A DNA stretch of 64,000 nucleotides from Nitrospirota bacterium (GTDB lineage Bacteria; Nitrospirota; UBA9217), in the NCBI GenBank assembly GCA_963818475.1, contig CAWFSF010000006.1, forward strand, positions 224,001-288,000, given 5' to 3'. Position 1 is the first letter of the stretch. Each line of letters opens with the position of its first letter. The position numbers were made by a program, and so were the translations under genes. The notes beneath the pieces were generated by a model. The model saw nothing but the letters and a program-made list of their open reading frames with translations, did no database searches and was not told the origin of the DNA. Shown here piece after piece: positions 50,429 through 59,513 of the stretch.

Positions 50429-52150
50429 ATGATAAATAGAACAATTGGAGGAGTGATCCTGGTTTTATTGTTAATCTTGACGATCTCTGAAAGGGCATAT
50501 GCCGTGGGCACTACGAAGCCGGAGGACATCTGCAAGCTAAAGAAACTAAAAGTCGGAGTTGCTATTGACGATCCGGATCTCGTCCCGAAAAAAGGAGAGC
50601 CTAAACCTGTCGCGCCCGAAGCAGGGTATCCTCCTTATTTGATCCCTCTCTATAGCGAGCAACTACCCGAGGACAATAAAGTTTATGTTTATGCTGTCGG
50701 ATTCGACCTCGATATTATAAATATAATCCGGAAAGAGTTTTGCGAAGGTACTTTGCCGGAGCTTGCCATATACTATGCCCCCTATGATGAACTTTTTGAC
50801 AGGTTGCGTGTCAAACAAATTGATTTTTTAATTGCCGCCATCGCGGCGAGCACTCCTTCTGCAAAGCGACGTGGAATAGCATACTCCTTGCCTTATAACG
50901 AAAGAGGCGGGGATGCAATAGCCATCCCTCAAGAGGCGCTCAATACAGATCAATCAGCAGCTATACCCAAATTTAAACCTGATGTATCTTCTGTGTTAAG
51001 AACAAGTATCGTGGGAACGAGTGGAACTACGTGCAGTACGCAAATCGAATGTGCTCTTTATAACAGGGTGGTTTATTTTGAAGGCGACACGCTCGGAAAA
51101 GACAAGTTGTCGTACGTAACAGGGTTTGACGGCAAAAGACTGAAACAGCTTTCCGTTACCTCGATACCTCAGCCGTCATTAGATGACGTTCTCCTGGGGG
51201 GCATAAAGAGTAATGGCGCTATTTTGCTCGATCTGCCGACCCTTAGATTTTTTATGACGTATCAGCCGAACGATGGGGGGAAAGATGCCTATAAAGCATT
51301 GCGGGATAAGTGGAAACTGTTAGTCGTAAAGCCTGACGCGCAGGGTGATGACAGATATTTGGTCATGAAATCCGGCGATGTTATAGCAACCCGGCTTGAA
51401 GATGAAGAGCTTTTGGCCAGGATCAATTCAATCATCAACCATGCACGGATAACCCCTGATTTGGCTGCCGCACAGGAGAAATGGTTTGGGAAAGGCGAGA
51501 GCATGAAGAGTGTGGACTATAGTAAAAACTTGGATAAAGATAAGGCCCTTCCGCTGCTTGACAGCGGCAAAACGTTGCCCGAGCCGTATAAAAAGAACAT
51601 CGGCTTTAGCTTTAGCATAGGCACTCCTGTGCTCGGAAGCGAGGGCGGTCAAAAGCTCGGAGGTTCTTTGGAGCTGAGCGATCAGTGGCCCGCTGCTCAT
51701 GAATTTTCCGGCTGGTGGCAGAAATTCTATCACTCGCCGATTTGCCTTGGGCTCGCTCAGTGCGCGAATGAAATGGGGATCGGCCTGGATTTTTCGGAAG
51801 AGCCCCTGGTCAAGAACGACGTCAGCATTACGCTCAAACGCACGGTCCAGATCGGACCCTTTTGGCGGTATCATTTCGATAAAAAAAATGACTTCTTTGA
51901 AAAACCTTGGCTGGGGTTCAAAATCGATGCGGTATATGCGAAGACGGTGGACGCAGAGAAGTCAGACAACACGTTCACGACGGATAGCAGCTGGAAAGGG
52001 TCGTTCATCCCCACCGCAGGCGTGAATATCCCTTTTTCCGAAAAAGTTAAATTAGAACTGTCCGTAGAATTGGATGATATCTTGATTACTCGGGGTAAAC
52101 CGGAACCCAACTTGCAGGCAAAAATGGGGATCAAGGTGGAAATTAACTGA
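50429..52150 (+). CDS. Secreted protein: family-3 solute-binding-like domain plus beta-rich C-terminal domain
   Basis: Signal peptide; LKVGV, VGFDLDII, IDFLIAAI, AYSLPY, LLARINSII. Confidence 0.65.
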   Translation: MINRTIGGVILVLLLILTISERAYAVGTTKPEDICKLKKLKVGVAIDDPDLVPKKGEPKPVAPEAGYPPYLIPLYSEQLPEDNKVYVYAVGFDLDIINIIRKEFCEGTLPELAIYYAPYDELFDRLRVKQIDFLIAAIAASTPSAKRRGIAYSLPYNERGGDAIAIPQEALNTDQSAAIPKFKPDVSSVLRTSIVGTSGTTCSTQIECALYNRVVYFEGDTLGKDKLSYVTGFDGKRLKQLSVTSIPQPSLDDVLLGGIKSNGAILLDLPTLRFFMTYQPNDGGKDAYKALRDKWKLLVVKPDAQGDDRYLVMKSGDVIATRLEDEELLARINSIINHARITPDLAAAQEKWFGKGESMKSVDYSKNLDKDKALPLLDSGKTLPEPYKKNIGFSFSIGTPVLGSEGGQKLGGSLELSDQWPAAHEFSGWWQKFYHSPICLGLAQCANEMGIGLDFSEEPLVKNDVSITLKRTVQIGPFWRYHFDKKNDFFEKPWLGFKIDAVYAKTVDAEKSDNTFTTDSSWKGSFIPTAGVNIPFSEKVKLELSVELDDILITRGKPEPNLQAKMGIKVEIN

Positions 52151-52418
52151 TGAAGAAAACCAGAAAAGCAGTTACTTATTAGAATAATGTTAAATAGTAA
52201 AGAATGTTTGCAGCAGCTGGTGTTAGCAAAGCCGCCGCGGCAGACTCAGGATAAACCGTGGTGGGGCGAGTACTATGTAGACGTTCGAAAAATACGAGAC
52301 CGTGAGCTCTTTGCTTAGAAGGGAACGTAATAATTAACTAATGCGGCGTTCCGTAGCCTGCAGAAGCCGCACGAAATCGCAAGTAGCGTGCGACTGTGAC
52401 CGCAAGGGAGGATTCAAA

Positions 52419-52823
52419 ATGGCGACGACACCTAAGGAAGAATATTTCGACGCTTATACGGAGCATACGAAAACGTTGAGGACCTGGCTTGTCGCGTACG
52501 GGATCGGTGCGCCGGTTCTTTTCATGACGAACGCAAAACTTGTTGATAAGTTTTCGGGTTCGCTCGATGCAAAGCTTATTACCGGATTATTTTTAGCCGG
52601 CGTTGTCCTGCAGGTGTTTCTGGCAGTCATGAACAAAGCAGTGAACTGGGCTTCCTATTTCGCAGTAGGCCATCCAAAGAGAAAAGACGAAAGGTTATTT
52701 GCATTTGCCTGTTGGTTCTGCGACCAATTCTGGGTAGATATGTTAATTGACATCGGCAGCCTCATTTGTTTTGCCATTGCAACATGGAAATCGTTTGCGC
52801 TCTTTGTTGGACAGACTTCATAG
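52419..52823 (+). CDS. Hypothetical membrane protein (3 TM)
   Basis: RBS GGAGG; hydrophobic segments. Confidence 0.7.
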   Translation: MATTPKEEYFDAYTEHTKTLRTWLVAYGIGAPVLFMTNAKLVDKFSGSLDAKLITGLFLAGVVLQVFLAVMNKAVNWASYFAVGHPKRKDERLFAFACWFCDQFWVDMLIDIGSLICFAIATWKSFALFVGQTS

Positions 52824-53264
52824 TTGTCTGAGTAGCTTCGGTTTGGGGTGAAATAAACGCGATGATGTCAAACTTCACCCTTCAACCTTCAAACTTCTTA
52901 GGCTGACGCCTGATGAGCATAATGAATTGATCGATTCTTTAAAAAAGAATTTCAAATTATAACCTGCGATATGTGTCTCGTTGAAGGGAAAGCATAGAAA
53001 AAAAAGCGTCCCCAAAAATTGCAGAAGCTTAAGTAAGGTCCACTTAAGGGGTAGTGGACGCGCGGGAAGACGACGGAGATGGAGAATTTTACGCACTGCC
53101 GTGATAGTATACGGTTTACATACAATGCAATTAAGAACGTAACGAACGCTCGGCAAGGAAAAAGCAAACGCTTGCTTGACACGTATCATCGGTAAGCTCA
53201 TACTGCCTCAACTGAATTTCCCGAAAAGGTATGGAGTGTTCAAGCTTCACTCTTCAAACTTCTT

Positions 53265-53783
53265 ATGGTGATCATCCGGCAGTGCAGGCAGAGCGATTTC
53301 GATGCAATGTATGTCATCATCAACGATGCCGCGCAGGCATACCGGGACGTCATTCCTGCTGATCGCTGGAACGAGCCCTATATGTCCCGCGAATACCTTC
53401 AGCATGAGATCGATGATGGCGTCGCATTCTGGGGATACGAGGAGAACGGCGAACTGATCGGCGTGATGGGCATCCAGGCTGTTCAGAACGTCACGCTCAT
53501 CCGTCATGCCTACGTGCGGACAGCAGATCGCGGCAAAGGCATCGGCGGCAAGCTGCTGTCGGCACTGAAACGGAAGACCAGCGGACCTACGCTGGTGGGC
53601 ACCTGGAAGGCCGCTGTCTGGGCAATCCGGTTCTACGAAAAGTACGGGTATCGGCTCGTGACCGAGCAACAGAAGGAACAGCTGCTCCGGAAGTACTGGA
53701 AGATCCCCGAACGGCAGGTGGAAACGTCGGTTGTTCTGGCGGACCGGACATGGTTCGAGATGGGTAGTGAGCGCCGGGAGTAA
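53265..53783 (+). CDS. GNAT-family N-acetyltransferase
   Basis: IRHAYV..RGKGIGGKLL, WAIRFYEKYGY. Confidence 0.9.
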   Translation: MVIIRQCRQSDFDAMYVIINDAAQAYRDVIPADRWNEPYMSREYLQHEIDDGVAFWGYEENGELIGVMGIQAVQNVTLIRHAYVRTADRGKGIGGKLLSALKRKTSGPTLVGTWKAAVWAIRFYEKYGYRLVTEQQKEQLLRKYWKIPERQVETSVVLADRTWFEMGSERRE

Positions 53784-53810
53784 CGCAACATAAGTAACAA
53801 CGAGTCGGTC

Positions 53811-53945
53811 TAAAGTCCCGACGACAGCGGGCTGGACGAAGGCGCATGCCTTGCGGCTGAAGAACATCGAAAGCTGTGTGCGGGAAAACCGCATGCACGG
53901 TTTGATGAGGGAGAGCTGGTCATTACGACCAGCTCTCTACTCTAC
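53811..53945 (+). mobile_element. 5'-truncated group II intron remnant (ORF end, D5, D6)
   Basis: Diverged match to the last ~135 nt of the intron; exact CTACTCTAC end followed by CC. Confidence 0.9.
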
Positions 53946-54010
53946 CCAAACGGTCCCGGGCAAGATTCTCAGAAAGCTAACAAAGCGCTTCAACGAGGGG
54001 AGAATAAGCT

Positions 54011-55150
54011 ATGCAATTACAGAGAGGTGACCAGCTGTCTGATAGTTCCGAGGCACTCAAGGTCCTTACCTTGATTATCCCTTTAGGCCTGGCCGGCATC
54101 CTTGTTTATTCGCTACAATTTTGCGATCTAAAGATAATAACTTCGGTGCTGGGGGTGGCGGCAATGCTCGCAGGGGCGTCGCTGCTTCTCGGTGGCTTGG
54201 TCGGTTTTCTGTTTGGCATTCCGCGCACGCTCCAGAAGGCCATGCAGCCAAATGGAGAAGAGAAAGATGCCCGTGAGACAGGACCCGAAAGAGTATCATA
54301 TCAGGCCAATACCAATCTTGAACAAATATCCGATTGGCTTACAAAAATAATAATCGGCGTCGGCCTTACACAGCTCACAAATATTCCGGGCAAACTGCTG
54401 CAGCTTGCCGATTATGTATCGGCCGGACTGGGCAGCAGCACTAGCGGGAGACCGTTTGCACTCGTTGTCATCCTTTATTTTACTGTAAGCGGCTTCTTAT
54501 TTGGCTACCTGTGGACCCGGCTTTTTCTCGCGGGTGAACTTAAGAAAGCTGAGATGAATGTTTCAAAACTGCTTGCACAGTCGATCGCGACTCTTGATGC
54601 AGTCGAACCACGCCTCAATGAAAATGACAAAAAAACGTTTCAAGAATTCAGGCAGGAGGCCGAAAAACAATTGGCCTTTATGCTGCCTGATGCAAAATTG
54701 ATGCAACAGCTTGAGAAATTCGCACAGGAGTATGAACTGGTTCGTAAAATAATGAAACCGGGCCGAGAGCTAACGGTTCAAATGGGGACCATCCTGGCCC
54801 AGGTCAGGGCATTGGCGCAAAAGGTTAACTACAAGCCGGACATTATTAATAAGTTATTCGCTACGGGAACAGACGGCAATCGAATCGTGTCTCTCGGACT
54901 CCTGCAGATTTTGCTTTACCCGCAGTGCGGCGATATCGTTTTGGACTCGATTGCACATTCTAAATCTGCGTTTGAGCAATATCAGGCTCTCCGGGCCGCT
55001 GAAGATATGCTGCCGTTCTTGGATGAAGGGAGCAAGAAAAAGCTGTCGGATATTTTAAAAGACCAGCGAAGCGGCGTGGAAGGGAAATTCATCACCAGGG
55101 ATTCCGATCGATGGGGCTTGAGCGAAAGAATACTGGCTCAATTAAAATAG
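54011..55150 (+). CDS. Hypothetical membrane protein (4 TM plus helical C-terminus)
   Basis: GFLFGIPR and NTNLEQISDWLTKII motifs; long ORF with RBS. Confidence 0.75.
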   Translation: MQLQRGDQLSDSSEALKVLTLIIPLGLAGILVYSLQFCDLKIITSVLGVAAMLAGASLLLGGLVGFLFGIPRTLQKAMQPNGEEKDARETGPERVSYQANTNLEQISDWLTKIIIGVGLTQLTNIPGKLLQLADYVSAGLGSSTSGRPFALVVILYFTVSGFLFGYLWTRLFLAGELKKAEMNVSKLLAQSIATLDAVEPRLNENDKKTFQEFRQEAEKQLAFMLPDAKLMQQLEKFAQEYELVRKIMKPGRELTVQMGTILAQVRALAQKVNYKPDIINKLFATGTDGNRIVSLGLLQILLYPQCGDIVLDSIAHSKSAFEQYQALRAAEDMLPFLDEGSKKKLSDILKDQRSGVEGKFITRDSDRWGLSERILAQLK

Positions 55151-55163
55151 ACAATAATTTATA

Positions 55164-56057
55164 TTGGTCAAAGAGCGGACGGTAAGGAGCTCGCAAGGGA
55201 AAGCATGCATAGAAACAACGTCCCGAAAGTTTCCCCGGATAAACAAATTCTTTGAGGATGTATTGGGTTACGATGTGTTTACTGAAATATCGCGAGAACA
55301 CGTCGTTAAGGAACGAAATGTCGATTATGCGATTAAACTCAACGGCAAAGTAAAATTCTTTATTGAAGTAAAGCAAGCTGGAATAAATCTGAAGGAAAAG
55401 CATATAGAACAAGCGGAAAACTACGCTGCAAACTCCGGGGTTCCCTGGGTTCTTTTGACCAACGGTGTCTATTGGCAGCTCTATCACCTAAGTTTCGAAG
55501 ATGGGATCCAGAGCGATTTGGTTCTCTCTGTAGATCTCAAAGAAGGTGACATTAAAGAGGCTGCACAGGCATTGGGAATACTTCATAGGAAAAGTGTTCT
55601 GAAAGGCGAGATAGAGGAGTTTTACGAGAAGGTAAAAACACTCTCGCCTAAGAGCATAGTTCAGGCACTATTTCACGAAAGTACCTTAAAAGTCATTCGC
55701 GCTTGTCTAAAGAGCAGTCATGGAATCAGAGTTGACGAGCAAGAGTTGGTGGATAATATCAGAAAAATGATTTCCAAGGAAACCTGGGAGTCTATCGGGG
55801 ATGTTAAGATTACAAGAAAAAGAAAAACAAAGCCAAAGGCGAAGGAAGAAGTTCAGGGTTCAGGGTTCAGGGTTCAGGGTTCAGGGTTCAGGGTTCAGAT
55901 CTCTCATCAAGACCGCCCCTCGCCCTCGCCCTCTAACTCGAGGGGGAGGGAAAAGGGGAGAGGGTGCTTGGTTATTGAGAATCTTCAGGGTCGGGTCTAC
56001 TTTCTTTTTCTCATTCCTTCCGCATATCGACATCACAGCCTTCCCTCGGAGACCTAG
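55164..56057 (+). CDS. Type I restriction enzyme HsdR N-terminal-like nuclease domain protein, possibly degenerate at both ends
   Basis: VDYAI..FIEVK..QAENYA..WVLLTNG; the C-terminus reads through a heptamer repeat. Confidence 0.7.
   Translation: MVKERTVRSSQGKACIETTSRKFPRINKFFEDVLGYDVFTEISREHVVKERNVDYAIKLNGKVKFFIEVKQAGINLKEKHIEQAENYAANSGVPWVLLTNGVYWQLYHLSFEDGIQSDLVLSVDLKEGDIKEAAQALGILHRKSVLKGEIEEFYEKVKTLSPKSIVQALFHESTLKVIRACLKSSHGIRVDEQELVDNIRKMISKETWESIGDVKITRKRKTKPKAKEEVQGSGFRVQGSGFRVQISHQDRPSPSPSNSRGREKGRGCLVIENLQGRVYFLFLIPSAYRHHSLPSET
55851..55898 (+). repeat. Heptamer tandem repeat (GTTCAGG), about 7 copies
   Basis: gttcagggttcagggttcagggttcagggttcagggttcagggttcag. Confidence 0.95.
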
Positions 56058-56059
56058 AA

Positions 56060-56533
56060 CTACTTGGCGGACAGAACAATGTCCCCCTTGGTGCCTTCCA
56101 CAATGGCAATGAGCTCACTCTGCTCCTTTGGAGGGACCTTGAACTTATTCAGGCTCTTCTTGAAGTCAACCACCATTGCCTGCCACTCTGTCTCGGTGAT
56201 GGCAAGATGACGGTGAGCATCCTTCATGGAGCGCCCCGTGTACTGGCAGGGGCCGCCGGTCACCTGGCAGACCAGGGCGGTCACCTGAAATTTCAGTCCG
56301 GCTTTGGGTACCCGCTGTCTTGCTTCGTTGATTTTCGGATTTGCGTTCAGCGTCTTGTTGATCAACAGCCGTTCAATAAAGTCGTCCACGAGGGTCGCGA
56401 TGCTGTAAACGCCCCCAAGCCGATCATGCAGCGACGGCTCCTGCTTCTCCTGAGCGCCGGCGGGGACAGCATTCCCCAGGACGGTCAGGACGACCAGGAA
56501 TGAAAAAGCCATTACCATACTGAGTTTCTTCAT
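56060..56533 (-). CDS. Group 1 truncated haemoglobin with signal peptide
   Basis: SLHDRLGG, TGGPCQYTGRSMKDAHRHLAIT; N-terminal MKKL..AGAQ signal. Confidence 0.9.
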   Translation of the reverse strand: MKKLSMVMAFSFLVVLTVLGNAVPAGAQEKQEPSLHDRLGGVYSIATLVDDFIERLLINKTLNANPKINEARQRVPKAGLKFQVTALVCQVTGGPCQYTGRSMKDAHRHLAITETEWQAMVVDFKKSLNKFKVPPKEQSELIAIVEGTKGDIVLSAK

Positions 56534-57261
56534 AGGTTCCACAACTCCTTTCTTGGTGCAAAAAAACTTTTCTTTCTCCCCCTCGCTTTCCATCCGGAAA
56601 GGACGAGCCATCGGAGAATTTTTCTAAAGTATATCCCTGCCCTCCGAATTGTCAAGCCGGCATACTGCACCTTAAATTCCCCTCATACGCCACCTGTCGG
56701 TTTTGACAGGTGACACACGTTGAAAATATTCATATAATAAACCATTACCTCGCTCTTCCCCCAGATCGTCGGCGGCGCCTTTATCGGGACCGGTATCGGG
56801 CTCGCCGTAGGCAGGCGCTGAGACATAAATATCTTCCGGATTGCCCTTCTTATTTCAGTTCACTGAAAAACCCCCTCTTGTCTCAGTAGAAAGCAATTCT
56901 TGCACCCTCCCCCTAGTTCCCTCCCATCGAAGGGAGAGGAGCGTTAATCTTGCTGCGGGGTAGCTCATCATGAGCCTGTTCCGTTGCGATCCTTGTTCTG
57001 GGTCCCGGCCGCGTTGCAGGTAATGGCCTTGTTGCGTGCGATCGCTACCAGGGAAAAATTCCGGAAAGTTAGGGATTCCCCGGGTTGTCATCCGGTCGGA
57101 AAGCTGTTACAGATATGCTTAGAAGGGTGAATATAACACAATGTCCCGCCAGATGCCCACGACGCTAATCACAATGGATTCCCTGACAGCCATTCTGTTA
57201 ATTATCTGCTATCTTTCATATATACGAGCATAGGTATAATTATAGCGGTCAGAAGGTATGT

Positions 57262-57509
57262 CGCTATCCGGGTGGGCTCAAAGGAGAAGAAGCGCCGGTG
57301 AGGGCAGGATCGTCATGCTCGTCGATCAATATGACGCGGCTGCGGAGTCAAAGGCGCTACGAACAGGCTTTTGACCATCAAAAGACGTTCAAGATCATAG
57401 CCGAGGGTGACGGAAAGGACCATGCCGGAGCATTTTGATCCGACGGTCCTCAAGGCCTTCAAGGAAGTCGCACCCGTATTTGAAGAGATATTCGATCAGC
57501 ATCAATAAT
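57262..57509 (+). pseudogene. HD-GYP phosphodiesterase C-terminal remnant
   Basis: Frameshifted YPGGLKGEE, GRIVMLVDQYDA, MPEHFDPTVLKAF. Confidence 0.7.
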
Positions 57510-57637
57510 AAAAATGAGGCGGTCCCTGAAACGCGGAAGATATAAAAAACGCAGTCTGATACGGAGCTTCCCGCAAGAGGCACAGGGACGATACAGCCTG
57601 CAGAAGATGAAACGTATTTGAAAAATGGAGCTTAATC

Positions 57638-59281
57638 GTGACGGTAAGAGCAAAGTGGATGAATAAACAAAAAGTCGCATGGATATACCGGCTGAAGAAC
57701 AGGATCCTTTTCGGAATATTAGGTCTGCTGGCGGTCTTCCTTTCCGCGGCATTGATATTTGTCGTCATGACGCTCCGGAGCAGCCTGCACCATGACAGCC
57801 GGATCAAGACGCAGGAGCTGGGCGATGCAATAACGTCCGGTTTGACGACCATGATGCTAAAGAGAGACCCCGCGGTGATCCAGGAAACCTTCGACAATAT
57901 GAAGAAAACCGCTCATTCGGTAGCGAAGGCCTTTATCGTCGATAAAAACGGCAGAATAGCTTTTTCAACCGAAAGAAATGAGATAGGAAAGATCCTGGAC
58001 AGATTTAAGGAACCCTCCTGTATGGGTTGCCATCAACCGACAGGCACTGTGCGTAATGAAATGACGATACTGACAAGATCGGCGAGTGGTGAGCGAATCC
58101 AGAGGAATGCATGGGTGATTTACAACGAAAAAGCCTGTCATGGCTGCCATTCAAAAGCCGACCGCATCAACGGGAAACTCATTATCGACCGCTCGGTGGA
58201 AGATACGCATTCGCTGATCGTTAAGACGGAGTTGCTGATTTTCGCTTCAGGTCTCGGCTGTTTTATTCTTATAATCCCGTTTTTATCGAGGAAGCTCAAC
58301 AAATACATCCTGGAAATAGTGAGTATGAACAGTCAGCTTACCTTGCTGCTCAGCGTGGCGGAACGTCTCAGCAGGTCCATCGAGATCAGGGAACTGAGCG
58401 TATTAGTCGCCGATATTGTCCGGGACTGGTTTGAAGCGGATATCGTTGATATCGTATTCCCGAGGGGAGTTGATGATTACCGGGCCTACCGGTGGTCCGG
58501 CGGCGAAGAAAGAATTGAGCGGAAAAATGTCGAAATAGACGAACCGCTGCATTTGATGATACACGAATGGCTCGGCGGGAAACTCGATAAAGAAAAGATA
58601 TCCGATGACGGAAAGCAGGTGTATCTGCCCGTTAAAAAGGGCGATACCCGTCTCGCGCTCATTGCGTTCGTCAGGCATGACAAACCGATCGATCCCCGGC
58701 GGCTTGAACTCCTCAATGTCGTATCTGATTTTATGTCGATGGCCTTTGAGAACGCGCGCCTCTATTCCGTTGCAATAACGGATGAACTGACCCTTCTCTT
58801 CACGACAAGACATTTCAGGCACTGCATTGACCGGGAAGTGTCGGAGTTTGAAAAGCACGGCCGGAAGTTTGTGCTGCTCATGCAGGATATCGATAATTTT
58901 AAGCGGGTAAACGACACCTACGGACATTTAACCGGCGATGCCGTGCTTAAGGAGGTCGCGCAATGCATGCTGCATTCCATAAGAGACAACGATCTCGTCT
59001 TTCGCTATGGCGGCGAGGAATTTGTCGTGCTTCTCCCTGATACCGATGCCAAAGGGGGGGCGTTGGTTGCGGAGAGGATAAGAAAAACCGTAGAAGACTT
59101 TATTTTTGATAAGGGAACGAATAACCTGAAGATCACGGTGAGCATCGGTGTTTCGGCCTGTCCGGCGAATGCAAATGAGGTTAGAGCACTCATTGCTTCT
59201 GCAGACGTCGCTCTCTATAAGGCCAAAGAAACGGGAAAAAACAGGGTTGTTGCAAGTCAGGACCGTTCTCCGTCTCTCTGA
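57638..59281 (+). CDS. Diguanylate cyclase with periplasmic di-haem c sensor and GAF domain
   Basis: CMGCH and CHGCH between two TMs; DIDNFKRVND, RDND I-site, GGEEF. Confidence 0.92.
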   Translation: MTVRAKWMNKQKVAWIYRLKNRILFGILGLLAVFLSAALIFVVMTLRSSLHHDSRIKTQELGDAITSGLTTMMLKRDPAVIQETFDNMKKTAHSVAKAFIVDKNGRIAFSTERNEIGKILDRFKEPSCMGCHQPTGTVRNEMTILTRSASGERIQRNAWVIYNEKACHGCHSKADRINGKLIIDRSVEDTHSLIVKTELLIFASGLGCFILIIPFLSRKLNKYILEIVSMNSQLTLLLSVAERLSRSIEIRELSVLVADIVRDWFEADIVDIVFPRGVDDYRAYRWSGGEERIERKNVEIDEPLHLMIHEWLGGKLDKEKISDDGKQVYLPVKKGDTRLALIAFVRHDKPIDPRRLELLNVVSDFMSMAFENARLYSVAITDELTLLFTTRHFRHCIDREVSEFEKHGRKFVLLMQDIDNFKRVNDTYGHLTGDAVLKEVAQCMLHSIRDNDLVFRYGGEEFVVLLPDTDAKGGALVAERIRKTVEDFIFDKGTNNLKITVSIGVSACPANANEVRALIASADVALYKAKETGKNRVVASQDRSPSL

Positions 59282-59293
59282 TGCGAGTTCAAA

Positions 59294-59366
59294 TAACCGA
59301 GGATGACGGAAGGAGCCTGCCGAAACATTTTGATCCGGCGGTCTTCAGCGCCTTCAAGGAAATCGC
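59294..59366 (+). pseudogene. Second HD-GYP C-terminal remnant
   Basis: Similar to 57398-57472; ITEDDGRSLPKHFDPAVFSAFKEIA. Confidence 0.65.
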
Positions 59367-59513
59367 AGTGATATAACGTATATACCGTGGACAGTTCACA
59401 AGGGCAGTTCACGGTAAAAAATAAAAAAAAGTTGAACCGCAGATGCAGAGGAAAAACCAAATGACAGAATAAATTACAGGCTGTGCAATGGTGTTTCATG
59501 AAGGAGAGTTCGT

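Noticed and set aside
53976-53996. Integron attC sites (CTAACAA starts here and at 44746)
   Set aside because: No matching downstream GTTRRRY box or attC stem could be found, and there is no intI gene.
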